Positions 1-10,149 are shown, counted from the stretch's first letter. The stretch: 64,000 nt of DNA from an uncultured virus (IMG/VR IMGVR_UViG_3300005193_000001) (IMGVR_UViG_3300005193_000001:186001-250000), one strand, 5' to 3'. The notes: generated by a model from the letters alone, not told the origin. Program-made: numbers and translations.

Positions 1-99
1 TCGTTAAACTTTTCGAGAGTGTTCCTAGCGATTTCAAGTAGGTTTTTCTCTTCAAAGAGGATCATTTTCATAACGGTACTTCTAAGGTAAGAGCGTGAG

Positions 100-183
100 T
101 ACCCCCGACAGGAATCGAACCTGCACGCTATGATAAGCAGCGGGATTTGAATCCGCCACGTATGCCAGTTCCGTCACGGGGGC
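100..183 (-). tRNA. tRNA-Leu(CAA), long variable arm, no encoded CCA
   Basis: Acceptor GCCCCCG/CGGGGGT, loop TT-CAA-AT, T-loop GGTTCGATTCC, A73. Confidence 0.88.
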
Positions 184-406
184 GTATGCTAGTCTTCGTC
201 TTCTTCCCAATCGACTCCATACTTGCGGAACCGATGGAGCTTCTTCTCCACGTCTCGAAAGATCTCACCATACTTTCCGGGAAGTGACCAATCTTCTGCC
301 AAAGGCTTATCGTTTTTGTCCGCCATAATAGGTATAGATCGTTTGTTCTCTTTGTTAAATAGCTGAACGGGGGTTTCGTTTCGCGTTTCACGGAAGCTTA
401 ATACAG

Positions 407-432
407 ATGTGGGGGGCTCTCGCCCCCCACGT
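407..432. terminator. GC-rich hairpin, probable intrinsic terminator
   Basis: ATGTGGGGGGC-TCTC-GCCCCCCACGT inverted repeat downstream of the amidase operon. Confidence 0.6.
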
Positions 433-559
433 TTTCTCTGCCTCGGTAGCGCCGTTGTTAACTACGAGCCCTGTTCCGAACGTCTTCGAAGTTCCGCTCC
501 ACCAGACTTTTCTTCCAACGGTCAGCGACCCTTTCTGGGTCATTCATAGCTGGCATAAA

Positions 560-1072
560 TTAGGATTTAATTTCGTCAGAAAGTTCATCGATAGTGGCAA
601 CCCTTATGTTTTCTGGAGGTTCCACGGGAACGGGCTCAATCGGAGCGATGGCGGCAAGATCTATTTGCTCTCTGACTTCGTTCATGTCCACGAGCTCTCC
701 GGGACAGGTCTTCATGTCAGTAAAGGCTCTGTGGCCGTAGATCTCTTCAACGGGAATGTCGTACTCGTCCATCTTTCTGATGCAAAGAGCAACGACAGCA
801 TCCCACTGCTCCGGGGTCCACTCTTCGTAGTCTCCGTGTCCCTGAATGCAGATTCCAAGCGATCCCGTGTTATGTCCTTTGACGTGGGCTCCAATCATGT
901 GATCTTCACGGCCTCTTTGGACCGTTCCATCTTTAAGAATGAAGTAGTGGTATCCCACCATCATCCATCCTCTGTCTCTGTGCCATTGGTCAATATCCTC
1001 AATGTCGTAATCGGAGCCCTCGTAGGCTGCTGTGTGAAGAACAAGCTTGTTGATTTCTGAGTGAGTAGCCAA
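560..1072 (-). CDS. N-acetylmuramoyl-L-alanine amidase (T7 lysozyme/Amidase_2 type endolysin)
   Basis: LVLHTA, DIDQWHRDRGW..VGYHYFI..DG, GAHVKGHN..SLGIC, YGHR..KTCPG zinc-amidase motifs; TTG start. Confidence 0.9.
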   Translation of the reverse strand: MATHSEINKLVLHTAAYEGSDYDIEDIDQWHRDRGWMMVGYHYFILKDGTVQRGREDHMIGAHVKGHNTGSLGICIQGHGDYEEWTPEQWDAVVALCIRKMDEYDIPVEEIYGHRAFTDMKTCPGELVDMNEVREQIDLAAIAPIEPVPVEPPENIRVATIDELSDEIKS

Positions 1073-1215
1073 CGTACTTCTAAAAGTTCTTGTTTCGAAA
1101 CGTCCACGAAGCTTGAATGAAGCTTCGATGTTTCGAAAGCAACGTGTGACCCTTTAAGACTCAGATGTATACCGTTTGCTTCTTCACTTTTATGTATCCA
1201 GGAAAAGACGGTAAG

Positions 1216-1290
1216 TAGGGGCGGAGGGGATCGAACCCTCATGCGACTGATTTTAAGTCAGTCAGGTCTGCCAGTTCCCGTCACGCCCCC
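1216..1290 (-). tRNA. tRNA-Leu(TAA), short variable loop
   Basis: GGGGGCG/CGCCCCT acceptor, ACTGA-CT-TAA-AA-TCAGT arm, GAGGG-TTCGATC-CCCTC T-arm. Confidence 0.9.
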
Positions 1291-1480
1291 TTGTGACAAT
1301 TTTCGAGATTTCCGATCTCTCTCACGCGCTTCTCGGTTCCATCTTCAAACACGAGAACAAGTTCGTGGTCACAAGATCTACGAAGGCAATAGTCGGGGCT
1401 TTCGAAGCTCCAGCTTTTAAGCTTTTTACACCCCTCCTCCGTCTTTATATGTTTAGTATCCGTGAAGTCGTCGAGTCTGA

Positions 1481-1888
1481 TCACATCAATATCGCCGCAA
1501 AGAACATCCAAGAAAAGAGTGAAAGACCGAGGGCTCCGAATCCGTGCTTCGTTTCCCCCTTAACGAAAAGAACGATGGACATAATAATGCCGATAATCGG
1601 AAGAAGGAATCCGGTGATATAGCTGCCCACGATCAAACCTGTGCTAGCTCCACCATTGTCTTCGCCGCTCCCGACACTGGTGCTTCGAACGAAAGTGTGA
1701 AACTCGGGCTCTTCGAACTGGTCTCCGTTCCGAAGCTGGTTGATAATCTCGCTAGCTTCGTAGGTGTCGCCCTCGAATTCTACGGTTTCGGACTTCGACT
1801 CGAACGTGATTTCTTCAAGTCGGCCATTACTGGACCTCGAAAGCTGTGAAACTGCGCTCGTGTTATTGAATGCGTCGTAAATGTCCAT
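1481..1888 (-). CDS. hypothetical membrane protein
   Basis: Acidic N-terminus and two hydrophobic C-terminal helices. Confidence 0.7.
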   Translation of the reverse strand: MDIYDAFNNTSAVSQLSRSSNGRLEEITFESKSETVEFEGDTYEASEIINQLRNGDQFEEPEFHTFVRSTSVGSGEDNGGASTGLIVGSYITGFLLPIIGIIMSIVLFVKGETKHGFGALGLSLFSWMFFAAILM

Positions 1889-1922
1889 GATTGTAACCTT
1901 GTGTTGTTATTATTAAGATTCG

Positions 1923-2005
1923 TGCCCAAGAGAGGACTCGAACCTCCACGGCCAAAAGCCACTGCGGTCTGAACGCAGCACGTCTACCTATTCCGTCACT
2001 TGGGC
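1923..2005 (-). tRNA. tRNA-Leu(CAG)
   Basis: GCCCAAG/CTTGGGC acceptor, CTGCG-TT-CAG-AC-CGCAG arm, long variable arm. Confidence 0.92.
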
Positions 2006-2012
2006 TGATTTC

Positions 2013-2798
2013 TTACCTCAAGACTTCAAAATAGAAGTCATGAACAATTATGTCGTAGTGATCTTTATCGTCGCTGTCGATGGGGGCGTTCCATTGAGGC
2101 ACAACTCGATTTTCGAGAGCCGATTTCGCTTCGCCAGAAAGAGAACCGGGTGAAATTTCAGAAGCTCTCCGGTCTTCGGAGGTTTCCTTGTACCGCAAGA
2201 ACAAATCGAGAGGAACGTCAACGTAAGCCCTTTCTGCAAGTTCTCTTATGGTCTTACAACGACTCCTGCCTTCGTGTCCCCTGACGTACCAAGCGTTAAC
2301 GGACTCCACGTAAACCATTTCAAGCCATGGTGGAGCCACGGGACGCCCTTTCAAGATTTGCTCTTTCATCCAGTCGTTCGGTTCGCCACCTTCGTTCGCT
2401 AGGTCCAAGAATTCTTCGCACCGCGTTTTAACGGAAAGTTTGTTTCTCGTGTTCCCAGCTTGTAGAGGCACAAGTCCAATGGGCTCGTCGGACTGGTCAG
2501 TAGAGAACCTGACCTTGTCCGGCTCGTCGAACCTCTTTCTTCTAAATTCCGGCACGTCGAGCTCGTCCGCCGTATAATCGAGCGGCACTTCCACAATTTC
2601 TCTAATGACAGAACGAACGACCTCTCGCAACTTCGCCTCCTGCACTTCGCCCTTCGCGTACTTCTCCAATTCTTCTTTGCTCATGGAGTCTGCAGCATCC
2701 ACAACATCCTGACTAACTTCGGACTTGTCTATCTCGCCCTCCTTAACTCCGAGAGCGAGTTGCATAAATTTCTTCTGAGACTTAGATTTCGGTGGCAT
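2013..2798 (-). CDS. DUF3008-like N-terminal domain protein
   Basis: MPPKSKSQKKFMQLAL..ADSMSKEELEKYA resembles DUF3008; followed by LREVVRSVIRE motif. Confidence 0.6.
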   Translation of the reverse strand: MPPKSKSQKKFMQLALGVKEGEIDKSEVSQDVVDAADSMSKEELEKYAKGEVQEAKLREVVRSVIREIVEVPLDYTADELDVPEFRRKRFDEPDKVRFSTDQSDEPIGLVPLQAGNTRNKLSVKTRCEEFLDLANEGGEPNDWMKEQILKGRPVAPPWLEMVYVESVNAWYVRGHEGRSRCKTIRELAERAYVDVPLDLFLRYKETSEDRRASEISPGSLSGEAKSALENRVVPQWNAPIDSDDKDHYDIIVHDFYFEVLR

Positions 2799-3039
2799 AA
2801 TTGTTTTCGAGCTCTTTGTACATTTCCTCGGCGTGTCTTCCGGAGAACTTTGATGAAGTCCTACCGTTCTTCTTCTCGACTCGATATCTCTTGTCTCCGG
2901 TCCAGGAACTTTTCTCCTTCACCACGTAGGCGTCTTCGGTGTATTTAGCGCCCGTTAAATGGCTTTCGACGTACATGTGCATTTTCCTGTACCCTTCTTC
3001 TTCCCACGTTCCGAGAAGATTTTTGAGCCAGTTAAACAT
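2782..3039 (-). CDS. hypothetical protein
   Basis: ORF from MFNWLK, coupled to the next gene. Confidence 0.55.
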   Translation of the reverse strand: MFNWLKNLLGTWEEEGYRKMHMYVESHLTGAKYTEDAYVVKEKSSWTGDKRYRVEKKNGRTSSKFSGRHAEEMYKELENNYATEI

Positions 3040-3074
3040 GAGTATCGTAATCTGTTTTAGGAATAACAATTTAG

Positions 3075-3148
3075 TACCCAAGAGAGGAATCGAACCTCCA
3101 ACCTTCGGTTTCTAAGACCGACGCCTCTTGCCATTGGGCTACTTGGGC
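3075..3148 (-). tRNA. tRNA-Leu(TAG), short variable loop
   Basis: GCCCAAG/CTTGGGT acceptor, TCGGT-CT-TAG-AA-ACCGA arm, variable loop AGGTT. Confidence 0.9.
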
Positions 3149-3552
3149 GGATTAGGCTTCGAAACTGGGCCTTTCCACCATTCTCCCTCGAAGTAAGAGA
3201 TCTTGATGCTCACGGTAGAGCCGTATATAATGTGAAGTTGGTCGGTCTCGTCGGAAGAGTCGTATCCGATTTCGTACAGACCGTCCACTTCTTCTCCTTC
3301 TCTGGAACGCCAGTAATAACCGGGCCTCTGCGGAAGAGTTGTCGTCCACCTTTGCTGATCGTCATTACTAATGTCTTCGATTCCGAGAGAAAGCGAAAGA
3401 TCGGGACCTTCTTCGGCTTCTTTGCTGTCTTCCCAACACGAAGGGTGCATAGGCCCCGGACCCGGATACTGATTTACGGACTGGCCTCGGATCGGATCCC
3501 CGCAATGTTCGCAGATTCTGTTTTGCATGTAATTACCTATAATGTCTTCCAT
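3139..3552 (-). CDS. hypothetical protein with CxxC..HxxC zinc-finger-like motif
   Basis: CEHCGDP..HPSC; acidic composition. Confidence 0.6.
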   Translation of the reverse strand: MEDIIGNYMQNRICEHCGDPIRGQSVNQYPGPGPMHPSCWEDSKEAEEGPDLSLSLGIEDISNDDQQRWTTTLPQRPGYYWRSREGEEVDGLYEIGYDSSDETDQLHIIYGSTVSIKISYFEGEWWKGPVSKPNPPK

Positions 3553-3720
3553 AACCAATTTAATAATTTATTTTCAGCCCGAAAACGGACCATGATTAAG
3601 TTCTTCGTGCTGAGAAAAGAAGCTTCGAAAACGATCAAATTCGTTGCTCAAATACGTGACGCGAATCGAAGTCCGCAATCGCAATCAAAATGTTCGGTAT
3701 CACTGTATTCAATTATAAGG

Positions 3721-3793
3721 AGCGGCAGGTGGGATTCGAACCCACGGCTTCCACCATGGCAAGGTGGCGTTCTGGCCCCTGAACTACTGCCGC
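3721..3793 (-). tRNA. tRNA-Gly(GCC)
   Basis: GCGGCAG/CTGCCGC acceptor, CCACC-TT-GCC-AT-GGTGG arm, U73. Confidence 0.92.
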
Positions 3794-3829
3794 TTGTAAC
3801 CAAGTACGTTCAATAGTAAATATCGCTTC

Positions 3830-4408
3830 TTATGCATGGGAGTATTCGTTCCAGATCTCAAGATCAAGATGAGCCGGATGTCTATCCATCTCGTTAGCAG
3901 CTTTGAGAAACCTGTGTTCGAGCTTTTTGTACACTCTGGTGCTAGAAGGGGTACCATCGGGCGTCTCGATTCCAAGTTCCTCTTCCATCCATTTTAATAC
4001 GTGAGTATCGAGGGTTGCAACGTTCGCGTCCGGACGTGTGTGCATAATGAAGAACCTAGCGGTTTTGTCCCCAATGCCGGGTACGGCCTTCATGTCTTCA
4101 ACGTCGCACCTCTTGAGCCATTGACACCCAAGCATGGCAAGAGTAATGAAACATGGAAGCAAGATGGAATACTTACCGAGCTTCACGTTTCTCATTTCCT
4201 CTTCAAGAACACCAGCTGCTGAAGCCGCTCGAACGTTGTCATAAGGGGAGACTCCACCAAATCTGTCGTCAAGATTTTCGATAAGGTCGTCGAGCTTTTG
4301 AGACTGAATTTTGGCGGTCTTCCCCGCTACGGAGGGTGCGAAGAGGGCAAATTCCTGCAGTTCTTTGTCTGTTCTTTCGAAATTGGTTATATTTGACGGG
4401 TTGATCAT
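3830..4408 (-). CDS. HhH-GPD DNA glycosylase (8-oxoguanine glycosylase-like)
   Basis: KAVPGIGDKTARFF helix-hairpin-helix with Lys, ATLDTHVL Asp, C-terminal LDLEIW. Confidence 0.75.
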   Translation of the reverse strand: MINPSNITNFERTDKELQEFALFAPSVAGKTAKIQSQKLDDLIENLDDRFGGVSPYDNVRAASAAGVLEEEMRNVKLGKYSILLPCFITLAMLGCQWLKRCDVEDMKAVPGIGDKTARFFIMHTRPDANVATLDTHVLKWMEEELGIETPDGTPSSTRVYKKLEHRFLKAANEMDRHPAHLDLEIWNEYSHA

Positions 4409-4454
4409 GGTCGGTGGGTCTACTTATAGGTGAACGCAAAAACGAAATTAAATT

Positions 4455-4805
4455 ATGTCAAAAGACGCACTCAGGGAAAAGATCAGAGAAGTAGCTCTCG
4501 ATTTTCTAAGCGAAGACGCCCAAGCGGGTGGCTCTAGACCTCAAACATTTACCTTCGAAGGTGACAAGTATGGAGCCATTTTGGAGCCCGACACGAGGCA
4601 AGAGGGCCGTCTTTTGCTTTACGTTCGGCTTCCGGAAAGACGACCAGTTGATACCGGGGGGATTAGGGACGATGTTTTCGACCTCATGGAATACTTGGAG
4701 TCTGGAACACCAATTGACCTCGTTCCACTGCCCGGTTACTACACCAATGAACGAATAGTATATAAGGTTGACTTGGATGCCGTTCTTTCGGCAATCATCC
4801 GATAA
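4455..4805 (+). CDS. hypothetical protein (LRExIRE N-terminal motif)
   Basis: Isolated plus-strand ORF with TACTTA 28 nt upstream. Confidence 0.7.
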   Translation: MSKDALREKIREVALDFLSEDAQAGGSRPQTFTFEGDKYGAILEPDTRQEGRLLLYVRLPERRPVDTGGIRDDVFDLMEYLESGTPIDLVPLPGYYTNERIVYKVDLDAVLSAIIR

Positions 4806-4813
4806 GTGCTAAG

Positions 4814-4886
4814 AGCCACGTGAGGGACTCGAACCCACAACCCGAGCATTACAAATGCTCCGCTCTCCCAATTGAGCTAACGCGGC
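4814..4886 (-). tRNA. tRNA-Thr(TGT)
   Basis: GCCGCGT/ACGTGGC acceptor, GAGCA-TT-TGT-AA-TGCTC arm. Confidence 0.92.
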
Positions 4887-4890
4887 GTTT

Positions 4891-5235
4891 CTAGAATGGA
4901 AGATCGTCGTCGGGTTCTGCATCAGAAGACTCAGTTTCAGGCTCCGGGACATCGTAGGTGATTACCAACCAACGAGCCGGAATCCTCTTGTAAAGTTCGC
5001 CTTCTCGATAAACGGCTATCCAAGGCACGTGGGCCATTTGGCCGTTTTCTTTATAGGCTTCAATTCTGGTAATCCCATCTTCACCTACTTCGAAACCACC
5101 ACCTCTTTCGTAGTAGGCTTTGACGATTTCTCTGTCGTCATCCAACATCGAGGTTGGTTCTTCAGTTTCTTCCCTTTCTTCGGGGCTAACAACTGGAGAA
5201 GGAGGATAACGGCTACTAAACGATTGCCTGTTCAT
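4891..5235 (-). CDS. hypothetical protein
   Basis: ENGQMAHVPWIAVY core, acidic DDDLPF C-terminal tail. Confidence 0.7.
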   Translation of the reverse strand: MNRQSFSSRYPPSPVVSPEEREETEEPTSMLDDDREIVKAYYERGGGFEVGEDGITRIEAYKENGQMAHVPWIAVYREGELYKRIPARWLVITYDVPEPETESSDAEPDDDLPF

Positions 5236-5264
5236 GGCCCGTAGAAGTCAGATTACAGAAAAGT

Positions 5265-5340
5265 TGGCACCCCCAGCAGGACTCGAACCCACGACCTGGG
5301 AATTAGAAGTTCCCTGCTCTTCCAACTGAGCTATGGGGGC
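5265..5340 (-). tRNA. tRNA-Arg(TCT) with encoded CCA
   Basis: GCCCCCA/TGGGGGT acceptor, GGGAA-CT-TCT-AA-TTCCC arm, GCCA end. Confidence 0.93.
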
Positions 5341-5572
5341 GTTTGTTACTGCACCTCAACGAGACCGTCAATAATTCCGGCTTTCGACCTCACGAAGCTG
5401 AAGACGTGACAGCCGCTTTCGAGCCGATCCGCATCCTGATAAATAGAAATCACATTACGGTTTCGCCCGTACATTCCAGAACTTTCTTTGGTCTGGACAA
5501 GGATGCGTTGTGGCAGATCGTCAAAGACGAAATGCTCGTGTCCGTGACGTTCGCCTTCGAGTACTGCGGTGC

Positions 5573-5977
5573 TCATGACAAGTTGGCGTCGGCCTCTTGG
5601 ATGAGGTGCTGGTAATTGTCGAAGTGAGTGAGCCAAGCTTGATAACTCGGCTTTGGATCCACGTCCGGAAATCCAACGGCATTCTCTCCGCCGAGACCGA
5701 ACATGTTAGCGTCCATCACCGACATGTCGTAAAGGCGAAGCTTCATCATTTTGCCGAAGACGTAATCGCCGTAGAACTCGGCTTCGCTGGTATTAGGATC
5801 TCCAGGATAGTCTCCAGCATTAATCACGTTCTCCCAAACGTCGTTTTTGTCGGCGTTGGGATGAGCGCTCATAACGCCCATGCCTTGAGGACTTCCGGCT
5901 GCTTGATAAGCGAGCCAGAAAGCTTCTTTGATTACCTCTTCGGGGTCGTTTTCAACTTCGATTTCGTCGATGTTCAT
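5573..5977 (-). CDS. hypothetical protein
   Basis: Acidic ORF from MNIDEIEV, downstream of a GAAAC-type promoter. Confidence 0.7.
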   Translation of the reverse strand: MNIDEIEVENDPEEVIKEAFWLAYQAAGSPQGMGVMSAHPNADKNDVWENVINAGDYPGDPNTSEAEFYGDYVFGKMMKLRLYDMSVMDANMFGLGGENAVGFPDVDPKPSYQAWLTHFDNYQHLIQEADANLS

Positions 5978-6068
5978 ATTGGATGGCGTGTTTTGTAATG
6001 AAAGTTCACGCAATCCAACAACTAGACTTCAAATCTGTTTCGACGTTCAAAGAAGCTTAACATAGAAA

Positions 6069-6143
6069 TGGTAGCCCCTAACAGACTCGAACTGCCAACC
6101 TCCTGCACGTCAAGCAGGCGCTCTACCATTGAGCTAAGAGGCT
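6069..6143 (-). tRNA. tRNA-Val(GAC) with encoded CCA
   Basis: AGCCTCT/AGGGGCT acceptor, CCTGC-TT-GAC-GT-GCAGG arm, ACCA end. Confidence 0.93.
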
Positions 6144-6393
6144 ATCCCATTAGCCTGTCTTTAAGCCAAGGCCAAAAGTCTCGGACAATAATAATGGCAA
6201 CTGAAACGGAGAACATGGACAGGAGCGTCGTGATTCCTATCGCATAGCTTGTGGTTCCGATCACTCCAGACAGGCCAATGGTAGCTGGGAACAGGTATAT
6301 TGTACCACAAAGAACGAACAAAGAAACGGTTATCGAGTACCTGTATTCATCTACCGTCTCAAAATAGGTTTCAATGTCCGGAAGAAGATTCAT
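6142..6393 (-). CDS. small two-TM membrane protein
   Basis: Two hydrophobic segments. Confidence 0.6.
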   Translation of the reverse strand: MNLLPDIETYFETVDEYRYSITVSLFVLCGTIYLFPATIGLSGVIGTTSYAIGITTLLSMFSVSVAIIIVRDFWPWLKDRLMG

Positions 6394-6575
6394 AGATTAA
6401 GCCCATATCTGTTGCTCAGGACGTGATAAAGGGCACCGCCTCCGACGAAGAGGAGAAGACCCTTAAACCCGAACAAAAGAAAGATTCCGACCAACGAACC
6501 CAACAGGATAACCCGTTTCTTGTTCTCTTTAGCGTACTTTCTGAGATCGAAAAGTTCTTTTATCTTTTTGATCAT
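6390..6575 (-). CDS. small membrane protein
   Basis: Basic N-terminus and hydrophobic segment; TATTTA 29 nt upstream. Confidence 0.6.
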   Translation of the reverse strand: MIKKIKELFDLRKYAKENKKRVILLGSLVGIFLLFGFKGLLLFVGGGALYHVLSNRYGLNL

Positions 6576-7021
6576 GGTTGGTGTGGTTTGGATTAATGCG
6601 TTTGTAAATAGTCAATTAAGCCTGAGGTACCACCTCTTGAGATTGGCTTGAAATTCTCGACTTTTAGGCGGCTCAGCGCTTCTAACATTCTCCGCCACAT
6701 CAACCTCTAAAAGATCCTCGTACTTCTTAGGAGCCGCAAGGCTGGGAGTAGTAGCACTCTGGATGGTCTCTGGATTCTGTGGAACCTGATCTAGATGAAG
6801 ATCGTTGAGATTCATCACTTTTTGATTCTGAAATGAAATTTTTCATGCGAGTTCTATAATGAGCAGTTATTTGGTTGGCTATTTGACTAGAACTGCTGAC
6901 CTCGTGTTCTCTCAAGATTTCCCTTACACTTTCTCTAAGCATACTTAAATCCTTCACGGTATTGTTTGATTCTTTAGAGTTCGACATAACCACCGTCTCC
7001 TTTTCGGTAGATATGAAGACC

Positions 7022-8435
7022 TTAAGAAAGCGTGTTCCAATCGGTCTTGGCGACCTCGTTGTTCTTGTTACCCCGATTTTTGACGTATTTGTTTTTGAAG
7101 TTCTGCAACAGGGTCTTGTAGAGATTAGAATACCTCGTTATTTCCTGCCAATCTTCTTCAAATACGCCGACGTTTCGTTTCTTGCGGAATATCTCGTTGG
7201 TTTCGGGACACCACTTAACTTCGGACTCAACTTTAGCGGTAACTCCGTTTCCGACTTCCAGAGGAATTATAGCCTCCTCGTGTTTCCATTCCTTTCCTTT
7301 ATGCTCTTTCATTTGCTTGTACTTTGGAATGCCCAAGGTGACCACTTTTTGTTGTATAAGAAGTGTTAAAGCAGCGACAGACGATACTATCGTGGAAATG
7401 ACTATAACCATTCATAGTATAACGGTTCAGTCGCTTAGCTGATGCATAAAGGAGACGGAACATTCCAGAAGAGCCACACCCGCACGAATAGCTTCCATGG
7501 GGTCATCGGTCTCGGTGTATTTTTCAAGCATAGACTCCGGGCTTTTCAGCTTCACTTCCATGCCTTCCACAGATATAATGTCCTTTTGCTCGTCTAGAAC
7601 TACGGACTCTTGATTTCTGTGGTTGAAAAGGGCACATAGAGCATAATCTACGTGTTCCGCCCCGACATCTTCTACGATCTGTCTCTCTTCGTCAGAAAAC
7701 TCCATGGGTTAGATTTCAAGAAATGGAACGTCGCCGTCTCTGTCTTCGAAATTAAGGGTACCCAACAGCATGTCGAGCAGCATGTCATAACCTGAGAATG
7801 GCCCCATCTGCTTGTTGACAATATCTAGATTTGTTGGGACCCTGAGATCGTCAATTTCTTCTCCCTCGTTGTGAAGGAGCTCGACGCTGTTTTCATGCTC
7901 CTCTCCGAATTCTACTTCAAATCCTTCTTCGGCTAGGTCTTCCTGGAGAGTGTCCAAGAAGTTGTCTACAGAATCGAAGGTAGTAACTTCATCGGAGAAC
8001 GGGTTTTCGTTCGGAAGATCTGGAATCTGGTTCATAACTGTTTGTGTCGTCGTTTATAGGTTCATCGTCGAAAAGGTGTCGAACGCAAGCTTCTATCTCT
8101 TCTCCATTCTCCAGCGTAAATCGGGCCTTAACAAGACCGTCATCGTACCTTTTGAGTGGAGTTACTTCTACTACTCTATGATCAAATATATCCATGTCGT
8201 TGTCTGTGGTTGTCAAAAGTAGATATCGTTAGATGCCACAGCTCTCGGTAAGTTTTCTGATAACCATGGGATCTAGCGCCCTTACGTATTTTAACTCGTA
8301 TTCTTTAAGGCCACCACGCTCTTTCAACTTTCGGATTTCCGGACCCACGATTTTGTTTTCAATCCAATTCTCCAGAGAAGACGTGTCTACCTCGTGATCC
8401 ACCATTTCCGGAGTTGGCATTTCATCTGGACTCAT
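7022..8435 (-). other. run of five small hypothetical CDS (7022-7411, 7427-7705, 7709-8035, 7989-8216, 8229-8435)
   Basis: Tightly packed co-oriented, mostly acidic ORFs with no recognisable motif. Confidence 0.6.
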
Positions 8436-9094
8436 GACTGAGCGAGTTTGTTAGATTCACCTTCTTTCTCCCAATTTCTAAGCCAGTGTTCGTCGGTTTG
8501 AACGTGATCTTCTCGAACGAACTTGGCATTGTGAAGATCAAAATCGCGGAAATAAAAGCCACCTATCGTTCTCATCACGTAGCCTTCCACTTCTCTACCC
8601 TGAGCAGCTTTAAGACCTTCATGCGTGAACTCGTTTTTGATCCTGCCCTTGTCAAATTGTCCACGCCAAATGACCGGAACGTGCTCGACGTCGAGAAGTT
8701 CGCACCAAGCCACGGTTTCGTCCCAGCTTAGAGCTTCGTTGTTTTCGTTCCAGATGGAGAACACCTGCACGTATGAACGCAAGTCTTCATATTTGATGGA
8801 ATGGGTACCATATAGGTTTTCGCCGCATATGCGCCATCCTTGTGGCAATTTGTGTGACACCTCAAAAGCAAATTTGGAAGCATAAGTTCTGGTCGGGTGA
8901 TATGGAGTCTTCAAGCTCCGTGCATGCCATTCTCCGTTAGCATAACAGGTGAAGTTCTCCCCATCCATTTTTTCGGTGAGGACCACCTTTTGTCCCTCGA
9001 AGAACGAAATATCCCGGTGGTAGCTATCCTCTCTGTGGTCTTCCGGGCTCCAAGGCACGTGAGGTGTGCTGGGATACTTTCTTGGTTCCATCAT
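8432..9094 (-). CDS. ATP-dependent RNA ligase (Rnl2-like adenylation domain)
   Basis: KYPSTPHVPWS, motif I TEKMDGEN, ICGENLY, EVEGYVMR, AKFVR. Confidence 0.85.
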   Translation of the reverse strand: MMEPRKYPSTPHVPWSPEDHREDSYHRDISFFEGQKVVLTEKMDGENFTCYANGEWHARSLKTPYHPTRTYASKFAFEVSHKLPQGWRICGENLYGTHSIKYEDLRSYVQVFSIWNENNEALSWDETVAWCELLDVEHVPVIWRGQFDKGRIKNEFTHEGLKAAQGREVEGYVMRTIGGFYFRDFDLHNAKFVREDHVQTDEHWLRNWEKEGESNKLAQS

Positions 9095-9345
9095 TGAATC
9101 TGGTCTCGCATCTTTTTCTTAGAAACGTCGAGTATTTCAGAAAAGATATCTCGAAGATCGGGATCTCCAGACATATTTTCAATTCGGTCAAGGACCTTTT
9201 CTTCTTGATCCGAGTCTTCTATGGACATGTTAAGGTCCTTCTTTTCCTTGGCGAGTGCTCTCGCTACTTTGAATCTCTCTTCGAGAACATCGGCCAGAAT
9301 CTGGTCCAACTGTTTTATCCGCTTTCTTTTCTCGTCTATCGACAT
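9091..9345 (-). CDS. chorismate mutase (AroQ/CM_2)-like protein
   Basis: KRKRIKQLDQILADVLEERFKVARALAKEKK..SIEDSDQEEKVL matches the AroQ helix pattern. Confidence 0.65.
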   Translation of the reverse strand: MSIDEKRKRIKQLDQILADVLEERFKVARALAKEKKDLNMSIEDSDQEEKVLDRIENMSGDPDLRDIFSEILDVSKKKMRDQIQ

Positions 9346-9346
9346 G

Positions 9347-10119
9347 TCAAGGCCAAAGTATTACGACGCTCTCGGCGTCTTCGTGCACGTCTTCTTTCGA
9401 ATACCCAAGTTCTTTCTTTCGTTCCGTGAGTTCTCGGAGCCAAGGACCATCTGCAAATTGACCTCCGCCCGTCTCCAAAGCGTATTCGTTGTCAACCCCA
9501 TAGAGTTCTCGAAAGACGTTGCCTTCGGGGTCTGCGGCAAGGTAGACCTCTTCTTCGGGATCGCAGTCTTGTAATTCTTCTATGAGTTCCTTAACCTTCA
9601 TCCTTATCGTCTCCGTTGTTTGATTTATATCGCTCTCGAAGTACGGATTCCGATATCTTGCATATGCACGGCGTACGGCGGTCACAACTCATGCACTTGC
9701 TGTCGTCGTATCGCTTCACGCGCCTGTAAAGCGTTTCGCTGTCCTGCTGCCGTACCCAAGACCAAATTTCCGCTCTACCCGTCATGGTTGAAGTTTATGT
9801 TAGAGCCTCCCTTTCTTCTAACTTTAGTGAATCGTCCTCTGATGGTGGTGCCATTCTCGAAACTAACGTATCCACGCTGCACTCCGTGTCCACAGCAAGC
9901 GTTCTCGACGCCGGGAAGACCCGCTATGCAAGGATCGTGACCTTTTTCGGTCGGCATTTCTCCACACTTTACGCAAGGACGTTCCTCGTCTATCGGCACT
10001 TCGCCGTCCTCGTATTCCCACTCTCCATCTTTCCAAATAATGGGGTGTCCGCGCTTGTAGCCTGTAACGTGAGTCACTTTAGCCTCTATGGTACCTCCAT
10101 CTACTGCATGCGTGCACAT
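9347..10119 (-). other. small hypothetical CDS (9347-9601, 9591-9785, 9775-10119)
   Basis: MKVKELIEELQ..DPEGN protein and a Cys-rich CVKCG..GHDPCI..ACCGHG protein. Confidence 0.6.
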
Positions 10120-10149
10120 ACCTGCGTGTTTTTATGAAAGAAAGAACAG

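Noticed and set aside
100..183. Reading the first tRNA as a TCA (opal/Sec) suppressor
   Set aside because: The stem register GCGGA/CCCGC centres CAA, and the body is Leu-like with A73; genes use all three stop codons normally
6612..6993. Programmed frameshift joining ORFs 6727-6993 and 6612-6818
   Set aside because: No canonical slippery heptamer or homology support visible
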